NCBI RefSeq assembly: GCF_006345805.1
Contig: NC_043009.1
Coordinates: 28,644,001-28,708,000 of the forward strand
Origin: Octopus sinensis
Taxonomy: Eukaryota
Length of the DNA: 64,000 nucleotides
Direction of reading: 5' to 3'
This document shows positions 23,301 through 38,856 of the stretch, one piece after another. Position numbers and translations under genes: made by a program. Under the pieces are notes generated by a model. It did not search any database, was not told the origin of the DNA, and saw only the letters and a program-made list of their open reading frames with translations. Within the stretch, counting starts at the first letter, position 1, and each line of letters starts with the position of its first letter.

Positions 23301-24689
23301 CAGCTTCAGATTTTATTGTTAAAACTAACAGTTTAAAAGAGAATAAAGAGAATGATATTTTCATTTATTCATTACTATATGTAGGAACTCAAGATATCTT
23401 GAAAACCTGTGAGATTTTCATAATCCATTACTACGTGCGAAATGAAGTGTGTCTGTGTGAAAGTAGTGATTGCATTTTGGTTGGATTAGAGTGTGCATGT
23501 GGTGGGTTGGGGATGGATCTTGTTCCTGGTGAACACATTGATCACTATGTATACGTTTTTGAAATATGTCTCACTTCTTTGAAGGTATGCCAATTCCATT
23601 ATATATTTGTCAGCAAGTTAGTATTTGAAATGTTTTCAATAAATAGTGATGGAAATATATGTAAGGTTTCCCTAATCCAGATCCTTTGTTAAAGATTGCA
23701 AAAGGCTTCAATATATTATAATAATTCTATGTGACACTGAGCACATACATTTGAAATTATTAATGTAGAGAAGCGTCTATTCTCTATTAGAGAAATCGTT
23801 ATTATAATTGTTAATATTATTATCATTTAAGCTCTTGATATATTTGGACAGTAAAGGAGCAAAACAACATTACTTGTGACTAAATGCATGTACAAGTTGC
23901 GTAAATCATTTTGCAAAGCTGCCCAAAGAAGCTTACACATCTATTTGCTTCCCTGTCATTAGCAAGTGTGTGTGTGTTTGTGTTTGTGGGTGTGTGTGTG
24001 AGAGAGAGGGAGAGAGATGGAGGAGGGAGGCGTGAAGTTTATAAATTAATGCTTTAGAAAACATGTCATTGATTATGCAAATATTAGGGATGTCACAAAT
24101 ACAGAGAGAAGAGATTTTGCAATCATTCTGTTTACACTGAACACACATGTATGCATACCTGTACACACACATGCATGCACGCATGCACACACTCATGCAA
24201 ACAAATGGACATTATACATACATATGTGTGTATGAACATGTTTGGATGTGCAAACATGAGAAAAATCAAGCATTTTGACTCTGTTTTTTGAAACACCAAC
24301 GAAAAAAAGATGTCCATATATGTTTGCTTTCATGTGTGGATGCATGTGTTTGCATGTGGAAAATTCTCGAAAATCTCATGACAAATGTGGCATAAAAGAG
24401 AGAAATTCAAGAGCAATTGGAAGAACAACAAAATCTGTAAACCTCGGTTTCGAAAAACTAGCATCAAGAAATTATTTAACAATATTTTCATATTTAAAGG
24501 GTGGCAAAGATACAATTAGTTCCCAGAAACACTAAAAAACAGAATCACCATTTACTGTAAAAATTCAAAAGTTATCCTGATGTATGTCATAACAGTCAAA
24601 GAACAGAAAGTTCCCGCATATACCAAAGCTATGTATACTGGAAACCTCACAGCTCTGCCGAAAACGAAATGTTCAGAAACACAAATATT

Positions 24690-24905
24690 CTTTTCTTCTC
24701 TAGGCACAAGGCCCAAAAGTTTTGGGGAGGTGGGGCAGTCGATTATATCGACCCCAGTATGCAAGTGGTACTTAATTTATCGACCCTGAAAGGATGAAAG
24801 GCAAAGTCAACCTCGGCGGAATTTGAACCCAGAACATAAAGTCAGACGAAATACCGTTAAGCATTTCACTCAGCATGCTAACATTTCTGCCATCTCGCTG
24901 CCTTC
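24690..24905 (-). mobile_element. SINE family 2
   Basis: AGGATGAAAGGCAAAGTCAACCTCGGCGGAATTTGAAC. Confidence 0.85.
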
Positions 24906-26313
24906 AGAAATATAGATATTAAACAGAGTTTATTGAACCCTTTGAGATGTATGACATAGTGAAGCCTTATAAAAATAAATCTCTTCAAGATCTGGATACT
25001 AAGTTAACTGAAAATGGATTAACGTTTGGAATTGTAGAAATAAGAAATGCAAAATATTGTCTTGTGCTCTGAAATCTTACCCAGAAAATACAAAGCTAAC
25101 CTTCGATAATCAATAAGGAAATTTAAATATAGAAAAACATATGTTAAATATAATTTAGCTCACTCAGCTATATCAGGATACAAAAATCTATATATTTTAG
25201 ATATTGAAGCCAAAAATTATACACACACTGTCAAATATATATGCATATATATATGTATATACATATGTGTGTGTGTGTATGCATATATATTTGCATATAT
25301 ATATATGAATATGCATACTTACATATATATATATTTATATATTGATAAAAATGGTATTTAGCTATTTCTTTTCACATCAAGTACGAAAAGAAAGACAAGC
25401 ACATGCAAACATACAGATAATCATAGAAGCATATACATACATACATACATACATACATACATACATACATACATACATACATGCATACATGCATGCATAC
25501 ATGCATATATACATACATATATATATATATGCACATGAATGTACATGTGTGTTTTAAAGTGTATGGATGGAAAGATACTTAGGTGCATACAGAAATCGAG
25601 AAAAGGGCATTCAATATGTTTTGTATGATTTTATATTTATTTGTATTATCAGGTCAACTCAGACATGCATTACTTAAAGTTTCACAGATGCTGATTCAAA
25701 TTTAATACAAAATACATGCATACTCATACGCATACACAACACACACACACACAAATGTATATATCGAGAGACAAAGAGCAAGAGAGATGGAAGAAAATAG
25801 AAAAATTGAGTTATTTAAGAATGCATATGTAGTGTGTATCACTTTATATCAATGTGCATGTGAGTGTATGTTTATGCCTGTGTGTGAGCGTGTGTGAATT
25901 TATATATGAGCATGCCACTGTGTGTATGTGTTTGTTTCTATTCATCTATATGTATGCGTTATCCTTTCCGCATCTATGTTTGGGCATATATGTACATAAA
26001 TGACTGAATGAGTACAAAAACTAAATTAAAATTCAGAAAAAAATAACAAGTCTTGTAGTAAACTCCTAATAAATATTTGAAGAATTGATAAGGTATTTCC
26101 TCACCCCACCACTGCCTTCACCCCCACCCTGGTTCATCAAGGACATAATATTGAGAAAATTTTATTGAAGTATCTTTTGAATATTCATTTCTCTTTCAAG
26201 TATGGCAAAGAATGTTGACAGAGTCCGTTCTTCAAACAGCTTTATATTACCTAAAAATGTAGAGAAAAAAACATGTATATGTATGTGTTTATATATATAT
26301 ATATGAATGTACC

Positions 26314-26382
<69 letters not shown>

Positions 26383-26401
26383 CATACATATATATATACA
26401 T

Positions 26402-26950
<549 letters not shown>

Positions 26951-28269
26951 ATGTATAATGGATGTGTATATACCCAAAGCAAAGCAGAGAAATATTCAAG
27001 TGTTGAGATTTTCCGTTAATAAAAGCACTTATTTTAGCTATGCAATTTTCTCAAAACCCTATTTGGGTTTAGTTTAAGAATGTGAGCAACTTTTAAAGTT
27101 CCTTTCCACATACTTCTTGCATGCCACTTGCAAAAGCCTGTCCTCATAACAGATATAATAATTAAATCTTTATTCTATAAACCAATATTTTTGCACATTT
27201 TTTTCTGCCATATTTAAGTACAAAATTCCTCTCCATCAGTCACCTCACACCAAGTTTCACCACATCCCATCATCACCAATATTATTCACGGCCTTCACTG
27301 ATGTTGTCTTCCTCTGCACCATCATCAGTCTATGGTTATCCTCTCCTGTCACTTACCCCAATTACCATGGAGGTCGCCACCACTACCACCTTCACCACCA
27401 TCACCTGTACAACAATGCTCTTCCCTGTCACAACAAGCAAGCCCTGCTCCTTAAGACCACTACCACCACAACCGCTGCCACCACTGATGCTGCCACCACC
27501 ACCTGCCACCACCACTACCACCACCGCTATCACTACCACTATCACCACCACTACCACTTCTAGCATCATTGATGACTATGACAATGACGACGATGACGAT
27601 GACCACCACTGCCACCACAACCACCATCGTAACCAACACCAACACTACCACCACTACAACTATAACCACAACCATCACAACCACTCCAACCATAACCACC
27701 CACCACTGTCACAACCACAGTGGCCCTGCTGATAGTGTTAATACTAATGATGATGATGATGGTTGTTAGTGGTGATGGTGGAGGTGTTAGCATTAGTGAT
27801 GGGGGTTGTGCTGTTAAGAGATCTGATAGTAAAGTCCACAGTATGGTGATGGCAGTGGTGGTGGTGGCGGTAGTGGTGGTGGTGGTGGTGCTGCTTCTGG
27901 AATTATAGTAATGTAACTGGGGGGGGGGCACCAGCAGTAAAATGGTGTCGATGGTTTGTGATAGCAGTCAAAACAATCCTGTTGTTGTTGTTGTTGTTGG
28001 TTGTGGTGGTGGTGGTGAGCATAAAATATGATGAGCTTACATCAGAGGGAGGGAGGGAGAGGACAAACAGAAAATGAGAAAGAGGAGAAGCAAAGCTCAC
28101 AGATCTCTCCTCTAAATATCAATAAATTCTGGAATCTTCCGCCAACCCTGGCCACTCTTCCATTAATCTACACCACTTTACCAAATTTTCGTTACTTCAG
28201 AAAAATGTTCATACTTTCTTATATCTACATCTATTTATGGTTCTTATTGTTTTTATTATTGTGCTGCTG

Positions 28270-28304
<35 letters not shown>

Positions 28305-30416
28305 GCTGTTGTTGTTGTTGTTTGTTTATTTATTTATTTATTTATTTCTGTCCATTTCCAGTTCCACTCCTAATAACTTCGGATTTTTCTGGTCTGCACA
28401 AAGATCTGAAGATATATTATGAAGATATCATTAATTATAAATAGCACTTGCTGAAAGAAATTTTCCCAGAAAACAACAACAACAACAACAACAACAACAG
28501 CAACAACAACAAAAGCAACAATGAAATGATGATAACAATGATGAAGGCGACGAAGTCGACGACAATGATGATGAGGGCGACAATGACAATGATGACAGTG
28601 GCAACGATGATGATGATGATGACAATAACAACAACAACAACAACTACATCGACAGCAACAACAATAATAATAATCATAAATGCATAAACACTTAAAACTT
28701 AAAAAGTAACGAAATGCAAAAAAAAAAATATGCAAAAAATCTTTGCAATTTTTTTTTTGGTGAAATTACTATGGAATTCCGGGGAATAAATTATTAATTT
28801 TTAATATCTAATTTTCATTATTTCTCCTGTTTTTTTTTTAAAATTTTTTAATCTTATCTACATATTAGTTATTCATTATTTCATTCAGAATAACTTTACA
28901 TATATTTTATAAATATTTCATTATGTTTGTTTGTTTTTCTACTGATTTCTTTTGTTTTATTTCGTTTATGATTTATCATGGCTTATATATATATATATAT
29001 ATAATATACATATATATGTATATATATATGTATGTATATATTTATGTATATATATACATTTGTATATATATATATATATGTGTGTGTGTGTACATATATG
29101 TATATATATGTACATATATGTATAAGCCATGATAAATGTAAGTATATACATACATTTTATGAGTGTATCTATATATACAAGTATACATATATATGTATAT
29201 ATCTATATAAATATATATATTTCTCTTTTATATATACATTTATATATGTTTATATGTGTCGTACATATATGTGTGTATGCATATATATATATACATACAT
29301 ACATATACATATATACATGCTTACATATATATATATGTATATATTATATATATATTATATATATATATATTATATATATATATATACATATATATACATA
29401 TATATACACATACATATATATATATAGATACAACATGCATACATAAGCATATATATATATTTATATTTATATATGTTTGCTTATGGGAAGTCGGGTGTTG
29501 GTGACAAACTAATATTGTTTATGTTTGTTTATAAAAGGTGTTGAACTGTTATAAGAAACCCAGCTTTTATCTGTATTTATATTAGCATATGTTTATACAA
29601 GCATGTGTGTGTATATGTGTGTGCCTCTGTGTGTGTGTGTGTGTTTGTGTGCATGTGTGTGTATTTGTGTATGTCTGTATGTGTAAATTTGTGTGATATA
29701 TATTTTTTGTATAGTGATATTTGTATTTTGTGAGTAATGATATGTACAGATATATTTATATGCAAATATATGTATGTATAAAAGAATTTTACATACGTTC
29801 AGAAATATAAAAAATTCATGTACATGTGTGAGTATATCAATATGCATATATGTATATATATATATATATACATACATATGCATATTCACACAGACTTACA
29901 CACACATACACAGGTATACAACAGCACTCCTAAATATCTAATCTCTTACATGCAAAGCTGTGTGATTAAGAAATTCAGTTTACATCTGCATGGTTCCAAG
30001 TTCAATCTGACCGCATAGCATCACCTGGAAGTGTCTCCTACCATTGCTATAAGTCACACACGCACACACATCATTAAGTAATGCATATCTATTTAATATA
30101 ATTATACTCGGAATATTTGTGTTAAAGTCACATAAAATATAACGATGTTAACAATGATAAGCATTTTAAAGACATTTCTTATTCCTGTTAAACAGGGATT
30201 AGAATTTCAGGTTGAATGACATCGCCTCCATTTTGCTCTCCCATCTACATTTCCTGCAACACTAACTCCCCTGTCTCACCCCCTGTTTGCTCTCCTGTCA
30301 TCTTTAATCAAGTTCTTCTCAGTTTTCTTTTCCTTTCCTTCCTTCCATATTCATTACCATCATGTCCACAGACCGTGTATATATATAAGCAAATAATAAT
30401 AATAATAATAATAATG

Positions 30417-30467
<51 letters not shown>

Positions 30468-30662
30468 TAATAATAATAATAATAATAATAATCCTTTCTA
30501 CTATAGGCCTGAAGTTTTAAGGGAGAGGGTTAGTTGATTTCATTGACCCCAGTGCTCAGAATTCTGCTAACAATTCCAACAGCTGGCCACCTGAATAATA
30601 ATGATGATGATGGTGGTGATGATGATGATGAGGATGATAATAGTACTAATAATAATATTAAC

Positions 30663-30703
<41 letters not shown>

Positions 30704-30751
30704 CAACAACAACAACAACAACAACACAACAACAACAACAACAACAACAAC

Positions 30752-30829
<78 letters not shown>

Positions 30830-30834
30830 AAGCT

Positions 30835-31044
30835 TTTCTATTATAGGCACAAGGTTTGAAATTTTGGGAAAGGGGGATAGTTGATTACATCGACCCTAGT
30901 ATTTCTCTGGTACTGAATTTATTGACCCCTAAAGGATGACAGGCAAAATCGACCACAGTGAAACTTGAACTCAGAAAATGAACTCAGACAAAATTCCACT
31001 TAGCATTTCACCAGGCATGCTAACGACACTGCCATCTCACCACC

Positions 31045-31045
<1 letters not shown>
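30835..31045 (-). mobile_element. SINE family 2
   Basis: AGGATGACAGGCAAAATCGAC core, preceded by the A-rich tail SSR. Confidence 0.75.
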
Positions 31046-31092
<47 letters not shown>

Positions 31093-31224
31093 GCACCAAC
31101 AAAACAACTGCAGCAGAATAACAACAATTGAGTTGGTGATGAGGGGAACTTATTCCGTTATGTAACCTAACGTTATACAATAGAGTTATTAGTTCCAACT
31201 GGGAGTTCTTTCTGAGAATATAAA

Positions 31225-31697
31225 TAGTCAAAACACAAAGAATTGATGAATCACAGACCAGAGAATTTGGTGCTGATGATTCAGTTTAATTAGACAAAGT
31301 GGTTCTGATTCTCAGTGCTCAACCCAAATGCGTATATAGTTGATGTTGCATGCCCCTTGACCCACAAAGGGTCAAGAAGGAAGGCGTAAAGATAGTTAGA
31401 TACAACACTCATAAGTACAAAATAGCCTGGCTATGGAAAATTAAGAAAGTTAAAATAGTGCCAATTATTGTTTGGTCCTTGGGAACAGTATCAAGGGGAA
31501 TATAAAAGGAATTGGAATAGAGTGGCCAGTAGAACTGTTACAAAAGGTCTGCCTCCTTGGCACAGACAGAATAATCAGGAGAGTATTAGATTGCTGAAAA
31601 GAATGAATAGTATGGTACCATAGGCTTCAGGTAGCAAGCCTGCTATGCATGCAAGACTCCATGAATTCTAACAAGACCTGTGATAAAAAGAAATTAT
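31225..31697 (+). mobile_element. R4/Dong-type non-LTR retrotransposon 3' fragment (restriction-like endonuclease), degenerate
   Basis: Frameshifted IVDVACP...KIVRY...IAWLWKIKKVKIVPIIVWSLGTV...LLQKVCLLGTDRIIRRVLDC-stop (31595-31597), then a short UTR and (AAT)n. Confidence 0.8.
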
Positions 31698-31755
<58 letters not shown>

Positions 31756-31758
<3 letters not shown>

Positions 31759-32312
31759 GCCCTGATGCAGTACCAGGCAGTGGCTCTCATGGCTTCTGAT
31801 CTTAACTGATTGGAAGTGTTATCATGTACATTGTTTTGTCTTGGTATAAAAGATGGGCTACAGCAAATATTCTGCTCAATACCACAGATTTGCTTGTCAG
31901 TTGTTTGACAAGAACCAGTTGAGCATGTCCCTTAGTGGCTGACGATATGTGCATCTCTGATCACGAGCAGAGGTAGTGGGGGAGCATCATAGCCATGTGT
32001 TGAGAGGGATTCTTTGGGGTTTGAATAATTCACCTCTGGAAACATGGGTGGTTCTTTCAACATCCTTAAACAACCCTTATTCAGGGACCTTTTGAGTGGG
32101 ATGGGCTACTCAACCTGAAGAAAATTCTAACTGGGCCCCACCTGCAAGGTCATGTGCTGTTTATCTTGATATAAGATCACCATGTCGCGCACATATGGTT
32201 GTGATGCATGTGCCTGGTGTACCCTTATCAGACGGGTAGTCATGATGGGTATATTGGGCTTTGTATATTTTACCCCAGTGTCACTTTGATGGCATGAACT
32301 GCTCTCTCACTC
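31756..32312. mobile_element. Unclassified ~560-bp interspersed element embedded in (AAT)n
   Basis: Complex-sequence block with sharp borders against (AAT)n on both sides and no ORF in the track. Only one copy in this window. Confidence 0.45.
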
Positions 32313-32333
32313 AATAATAATAATAATAATAAT

Positions 32334-32372
<39 letters not shown>

Positions 32373-32983
32373 AATAATAATGATAATAACAACAACAACA
32401 ACAATAATAATAATAACAACAACAACAACAACAATAATAATAGCTACTCTTGTACATAACTGTTAGTTACTTGACTTGTTGACCTCAAAAAGAAGAATGA
32501 GAAAGTTGACCAAAAAATGATTTGAACTCAGAATGTAAATTTGATGGAATAACTGCTGCAAAGCATTTTGTTTTCTAATGCTCTATTGACTCTGTCAGCA
32601 CACTGCCTTTAATTCTATATTCATATGGTAAATATCTGATAAAACCCATCATTATGATGATGATGATGATGATGACGACGATGAAGATAGTAATACTGTT
32701 GATTATAATAATCATTTTAATTTTTATTGCTTATGTTATTGTCATCATTATCAACATCAGCATTTCACCCCCTTTTTGTTTTCTATCTTTTCGAAGGCTG
32801 ACCAGTTCTTCTCCCACACCATCTATTATTAAAAAGCATCTCATTTGTTAGGCCCAGCCATACTGGAATTAGTTATCATCATTTCTTCTCATCTCATCCT
32901 TGGTTTTCATCTACTTGCAGAATCTAAAATTGGTCAGCAATAGCAGAGAATAAATCTATGGTCACCACCTTTTGGCTGAGAGT

Positions 32984-33215
32984 ATCATTCTTCATGGATA
33001 TCATCGCTCATATCATTCTTCATGGATATCATCACTCATACTATTCTTCATGGATATCATTACTCGTATCATTCTTCAAGGATATCATCACTCATACTAT
33101 TCTTCATGGATATCATTACTCGTATCATTCTTCAAGGATATCATCACTCATATCATTCTTCATGGATATCATCACTCATATCATTCTCTACGGATGTCAT
33201 CACTCATATCCTCAT
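32984..33215 (+). repeat. 28-bp minisatellite, about 8 units
   Basis: Unit ATTCTTCATGGATATCATCACTCATATC. Confidence 0.9.
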
Positions 33216-33339
33216 TTGTATCATTTTTTATGGATATCATTGATTTTTACCTCTGGCACACAATTACACATCCTAGAAGCACAGTAGACTTAATTAACTT
33301 ATAAGTTTAATTGACCCTACTAATTAAGTTCTTCATAAT

Positions 33340-33565
33340 TCTTTCTACTACAAGTAGAAGGCATGGAATTTTGGGAGATGGGGGCTAATTGATCACATCA
33401 ACCCCAGTGCTCAACTGGTAGTTATTTTACTGACTCACAAAATAGATGAAAGGTTGAGTCGACCTAAGCAGCGTTAGAACTAAGAATGCAAAACTGGAAG
33501 AAATACCTAATTTAGATTGTCCAGTGAACTCATGCACTAATGATTTTGTCAGCTCATTGCCTTAA
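33340..33565 (-). mobile_element. SINE family 2 (degenerate)
   Basis: CAACCCCAGTGCTCAACTGGTA...GATGAAAGG..AGTCGACC. Confidence 0.7.
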
Positions 33566-34487
33566 TTAATACTTACTAATAAAGCATAGTAATTAAACAA
33601 TAGAAAACATTTAGTCCACCTCACTACCAACTGTGCCATGCAATATTATCCTTTACAGATATTGTTACTAAGAGAACTGAACTGTATTCCAAATTCTATA
33701 TTAAGGATGGATTCTTAAAACCATTCCTTCCCCAAATAATCTATAAAATCCACCCTTCACAAGAATCAAAATACCAAACCTTACAAACACTTAGTTCTAC
33801 TTAAACATTCCTCAGATTATTTGGGTAAATTGTAGTATTAGGGGTTTTGCTTGGGGTTATTTTAAAGGGTTGCAGCAGAAGTTGGTATCTAAAATTCTTA
33901 TTGGTATTTCACTTCAACCAGTTCCTTTTTTAAAATTATTCTGAATTCACCAATTCAGTCTCCACTTCACCTCATTCTCTTTCGCTCCCCTTCTCTTCCA
34001 CCGCCTCTTCTCCATCTTTTCTTCCTTCCCCACCCTCACTTTTATTACATTTCCTGTCATCATTGTAGTTCTGTTGAAAATATTAACCATCCATCCATCC
34101 ATCTTCCCTCAAGTGGCAGATTTATAAGGAGTTCCCGATCCACTCAGACTTTTCCTACAGATTCTCTCCATAACCAAAGTTTAATAACAATGTTGGCCCT
34201 TTCTATAGTTTAACCAATTTAGAGATCCAATTCCAGCATTTTGAGAACTATCTTGCTGTAATTGGTTGGCACACAAAAAAAAATAATAATAATAAATAAA
34301 TAAATAAATAAAAGAATACAAATTGACATTTTTTTTCTAAATAGATTGTCTTTTCTGAACTAAATTCCATATAGTTGAGTCACCATCATCAACATAATCA
34401 TCATCACCATCATTAACATGCATTATAGTTTTACAATATTTATTCTTTGACTGATATGCTGTAAAAAAACTTCAGTATATTCTTCCT

Positions 34488-34790
34488 TACATTCTTATAT
34501 TCCATATATTCTTATAGTCCTTACATTCTTATATTCCTTACATTCTTATATTCCGTATATTCTTATATTCTGTATATTCTTATATTCTGTATATTCTTAT
34601 ATTCCTTACATTCTTATATTCCTTACATTCTTATATTCTTTACATTCTTATATTCTGTATATTCTTATATTCTGTATATTCTTACATTCTGTATATTCTT
34701 ATATTCCTTATATTCTTATATCCCTTACATTCTTATATCCCTTACATTCTTATATTCCATATATTCTTATAATCTGTATATTCTTATATC
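34488..34790 (+). repeat. 17-bp minisatellite, about 18 units
   Basis: Unit TTCTTATATTCCTTACA with a TTCTTATATTCTGTATA variant. Confidence 0.9.
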
Positions 34791-35298
34791 CCTTTTACTC
34801 ATTTCTTTCACTGGAATGCAGCCATGGTTGGCACCACATCACAGACTTTAGTTGATTAGATCAGCTGCAAAAGTTAGTCTTTAAATCTGGTAGACATTCT
34901 ATCAGTCTCTTATAAGCATACCATTCAGTTATGGGAATGTAAGCAAACCAGAACTGGTTGCCATGGGTGGGAAACATAAATACAAAGACATATCAGCATA
35001 CACACAGACACACACACACACACAAACGCACACACACACACACATAAAAACACACACAAACAGACATACACACAAACACAAACATACACACACACAGATA
35101 CACACACACACACACAAATACACACACACACAAATACACACACACATATACTGTACATACAAGTATATGCATTTCTCAATACTTTTTAGTAGAATGCTTG
35201 TTAATTAAAGTTTTATAAGGAAAATTATTTTGACAATATGTGTGTATGCATGTATAAGTATACACACATATATACATGTATATATATATAACTTTCTT

Positions 35299-35334
<36 letters not shown>

Positions 35335-35459
35335 CATATATGTATGTATGTATATGTATATATGTATATATATATATTATATATATATATATTATATTAT
35401 ATTATATACATATGTATATATTATAATATATATATATATATATTATATTATATTATATT

Positions 35460-35493
<34 letters not shown>

Positions 35494-37799
35494 GCATATA
35501 TATGCATACATATGTGTTTATATTTGTGCTTAAAATCTTCCATCATGCTAAGTGCTCACAAACCGTCCTTTTATTTGGATTACCAACTACTTAAAACCTG
35601 ACCCTACTATTGATAGTAAAAGCATTTTAGCTTCTCTCATTCACTGAATGGTGATCACTTCATTTATTGTCTACGGAACAATAAATACCAACACTGCTAT
35701 CAATTGCTTCTACACTATCCAAGACAAAATAAATGTCATTTCTTTCCATTGGATATTAAAGAGGTTTTATTTATATATCATTAAATAAATTCTTATGGCT
35801 GATTTTAATTTCACTAAAATCATTACTTGTGTTAAACCTACTGAATGTAGCAAGCTACATGATAGAAAGTCTATTCTATTATAACTATGCTTTTGATAAA
35901 TAATAAAAAGGACCAAAACATAAAACATTCAGATAAGAATCCTGGAGAGAATATTTTTGGTCTCTATATTCTATGCACTCTATACACGAAAAGTCGCCTT
36001 TTGTTTCCAGGGGTTTATAAGGGGATGATGGATTACTGCTGCTTAGAAACGTTAATCTGCAAAACCACAGATTAGATTTGTAAGAATTTGTACAAGTTTG
36101 TAAAAACCTAGGCTTTTAGAGCCTCGCCTGTTTAAAGATTATCATTCTCTATATGTCACCCTACAACTGGGTAAATATAAATATGCTCCTTACAAAATGC
36201 TCAGTGCAAAGCTATGATACACCCACGAATCTTTTAACGTTTCCAAAAGCTTTACAAAAGCTTTAGTCAAAACATTCATTTGAAACTTTGCATACGAATA
36301 TCGAAGAACAGGTATTTAAACAAACTTTGGCACATTATTATGAAGGTCTTAGAATAAACCGTTTTAATGAAGAATGCTTATCCATGATATAGTAAAAGTG
36401 TCTTACAGAAATATGAAGCATGGCTTATCATGCATGAGTCAGAAAATCTTACTGTATTGTTCTGCCTTGATTGTTTTACAGAGATGGAACTAAACTAAAC
36501 TACTTACACAATTAATCAAAGAACCAGAGACAAATATTTTACTGCATCTGCAAATGAGCTGTGTATACACAAACAACTTGACAAAATTTTATAAGTTATA
36601 TACTATAGCCATTCTTAATAAATGGCCATCTTAATAATCAATGTTTTGTCTTCAATCATTTCTCCAATGAATCTTCAAATTAAATTTTCATCATTACATT
36701 TGGTGTCTTCAAATTTCGTTTACATGTCTGGCAATTCTGTTGTTACATATTAGACTTTGTCATGACATTTGGTGACTCTTGACTAAAGAACCACATGCCG
36801 TGATTAACCTACATTGTTACACATACATACATGCACACATAACGTATGCATACTTCCGTACATAGACGCATAACATATACCTACATATATACATAGACAC
36901 ATACGTGTGCATGCATGTATATACATACGTGTGCATGTGTGTACATGCATACATACATTTGTGTATGTGTGTGTGTATTTACTGTGTTGGTAGATGTCGT
37001 TTAAGTGTGTGCATATGAGTAGGTTTGTTCATGCATATGTATGAATTATGTGTCTAGCAATTTGCACCACACACACATACACACACACACACACACACAT
37101 GTACATTATGTGCATTGACTTATATACATGTCTGTACTGACGTGTGTACATTGTGTGCACACAGTTGGATGTTTACATGTATTTATATATTGATGTTTTA
37201 TCTAAACATTAGCCTATATATATTTTGTCTTCTTTAATTTCTACATTGGTCATAATGCCGCCGGCTTTTATCTTGAAACACTTTATATATATTTATACAC
37301 GTGTTTATTTACCTTTTGATTCAGTTTGTATTTGCATACATCATTATGCGTATATATTCCCATATATCCTTTCCTTTGTTATTGAACCCTGCGTATATAG
37401 TTATATTGACATTCATGCATGTGTTTTGTATCAGGATCTTTAGCTATCATTATTATGATTTACTCCTTCTACTTTTTTCTCCCTTTCTCTTCTTGTAGCT
37501 TCACATCTACTCATTAAGTAGCAATTATTCTCTTATTTTATATACTTCTAGTGCATTAAAACAAGCCATATACACCTCAGTGACCCTTTGCTCTCATTTT
37601 GCTTTTCGCTGTTAACCGGAGTCGACATGAAACTGCTAGTGAGGGTAATATGCTCATTATGCATCGTTTCATCCATTTTACCAACCCATTAACTCATAAA
37701 TATCTGATTTAATAGTCTCTCCCTTAGGTACAAGGATAAACTGTCCCCTTTAAATTCTTTTAGGTTGACGGCATTTTTGTCTGAAGCGTTTTTTTTTTC

Positions 37800-38002
37800 T
37801 TCTACTTGCTTCAATCATTAGACTACAGCCATGCTGGAGTACTACTTTGAAAAATGTTTAACCTTACGAATCGACCCCCAGACTTTCTTTTTTCTAAGCC
37901 TGCTACTTATTTTATCATTCTATTTTCTTGAACTGCTAAGTCATGGGAACTCAAACACACCAACACTAGTTGTCATGCAGTGGTAGGGGACAAAAACAGA
38001 CA

Positions 38003-38040
<38 letters not shown>
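37800..38040 (-). mobile_element. SINE family 1, 3' part
   Basis: GACTACAGCCATGCTGGAG...AATCGACCCC...CACACCAACAC...GGGGACAAAAACAGACAC. Confidence 0.75.
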
Positions 38041-38043
<3 letters not shown>

Positions 38044-38524
38044 ACATGCACATGTACACATATAAAACTAAACTGCATTGACAATAACTACTAATCTTTG
38101 ATTTTGTGTGTTTTATACATATGATACTGAAGAGAGATGAGATCTAAACAAGACTTTGCATGAATACATGAATACATCACATATTCTTTATAAAACAATA
38201 GAATAAATGATTGTGGGGTGCAATTTCCAATGATTCTGTATGGATGCAGTCAATCAACACACAATGACAAATCATATTTTGATGTGTTTAAAAGTAGTTT
38301 TACTTCTATATTATCACATTACTTCTGTTTTCAGTTGTTTGAAGAATGAACACAAGCTCAGAGTAACCAATTTAAGAAACTCCATCTTCTAAGAAAATAT
38401 ACCAACTCTGTTCTATGTATTGAATTCCATGTTTTCTTTGTTATTTTTTCAGCAAAAGTGTTCACCAATCCATCCGTCTGTCCAAGTGTGTGTCTGTATG
38501 CACGTCTATGTCTCACTCTCTCTT

Positions 38525-38560
<36 letters not shown>

Positions 38561-38616
38561 CCTATGCCAGCATGAACAATGGATGTTAAATGATGATGAT
38601 GATGACACATATTTGC

Positions 38617-38647
<31 letters not shown>

Positions 38648-38856
38648 CCCCACACACACATATATATATATATATATTTATAATATATCAAAGAGAGTTA
38701 GAGGTTGTGAATCCAACCAACTAAGGGATAATACCTATCCAATATACTGCTGGTAGAATACCCAATTATTAATACACAAGTGTTGGTTATTGCATGGCAA
38801 TTACCCTACTGAGTATAATAATTAGGTGAGGGTAATAAGTGGTTTTACCCTTAATT

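Noticed and set aside
23246-23692. 148-aa ORF with an AAG|GTATGC donor at about 23588
   Set aside because: It starts within a SINE/SSR, has no recognisable domain and no convincing acceptor.
24552-24764. Hydrophobic minus-strand ORF reminiscent of a GPCR helix
   Set aside because: Half of it derives from a SINE; the remainder is short and unidentifiable.
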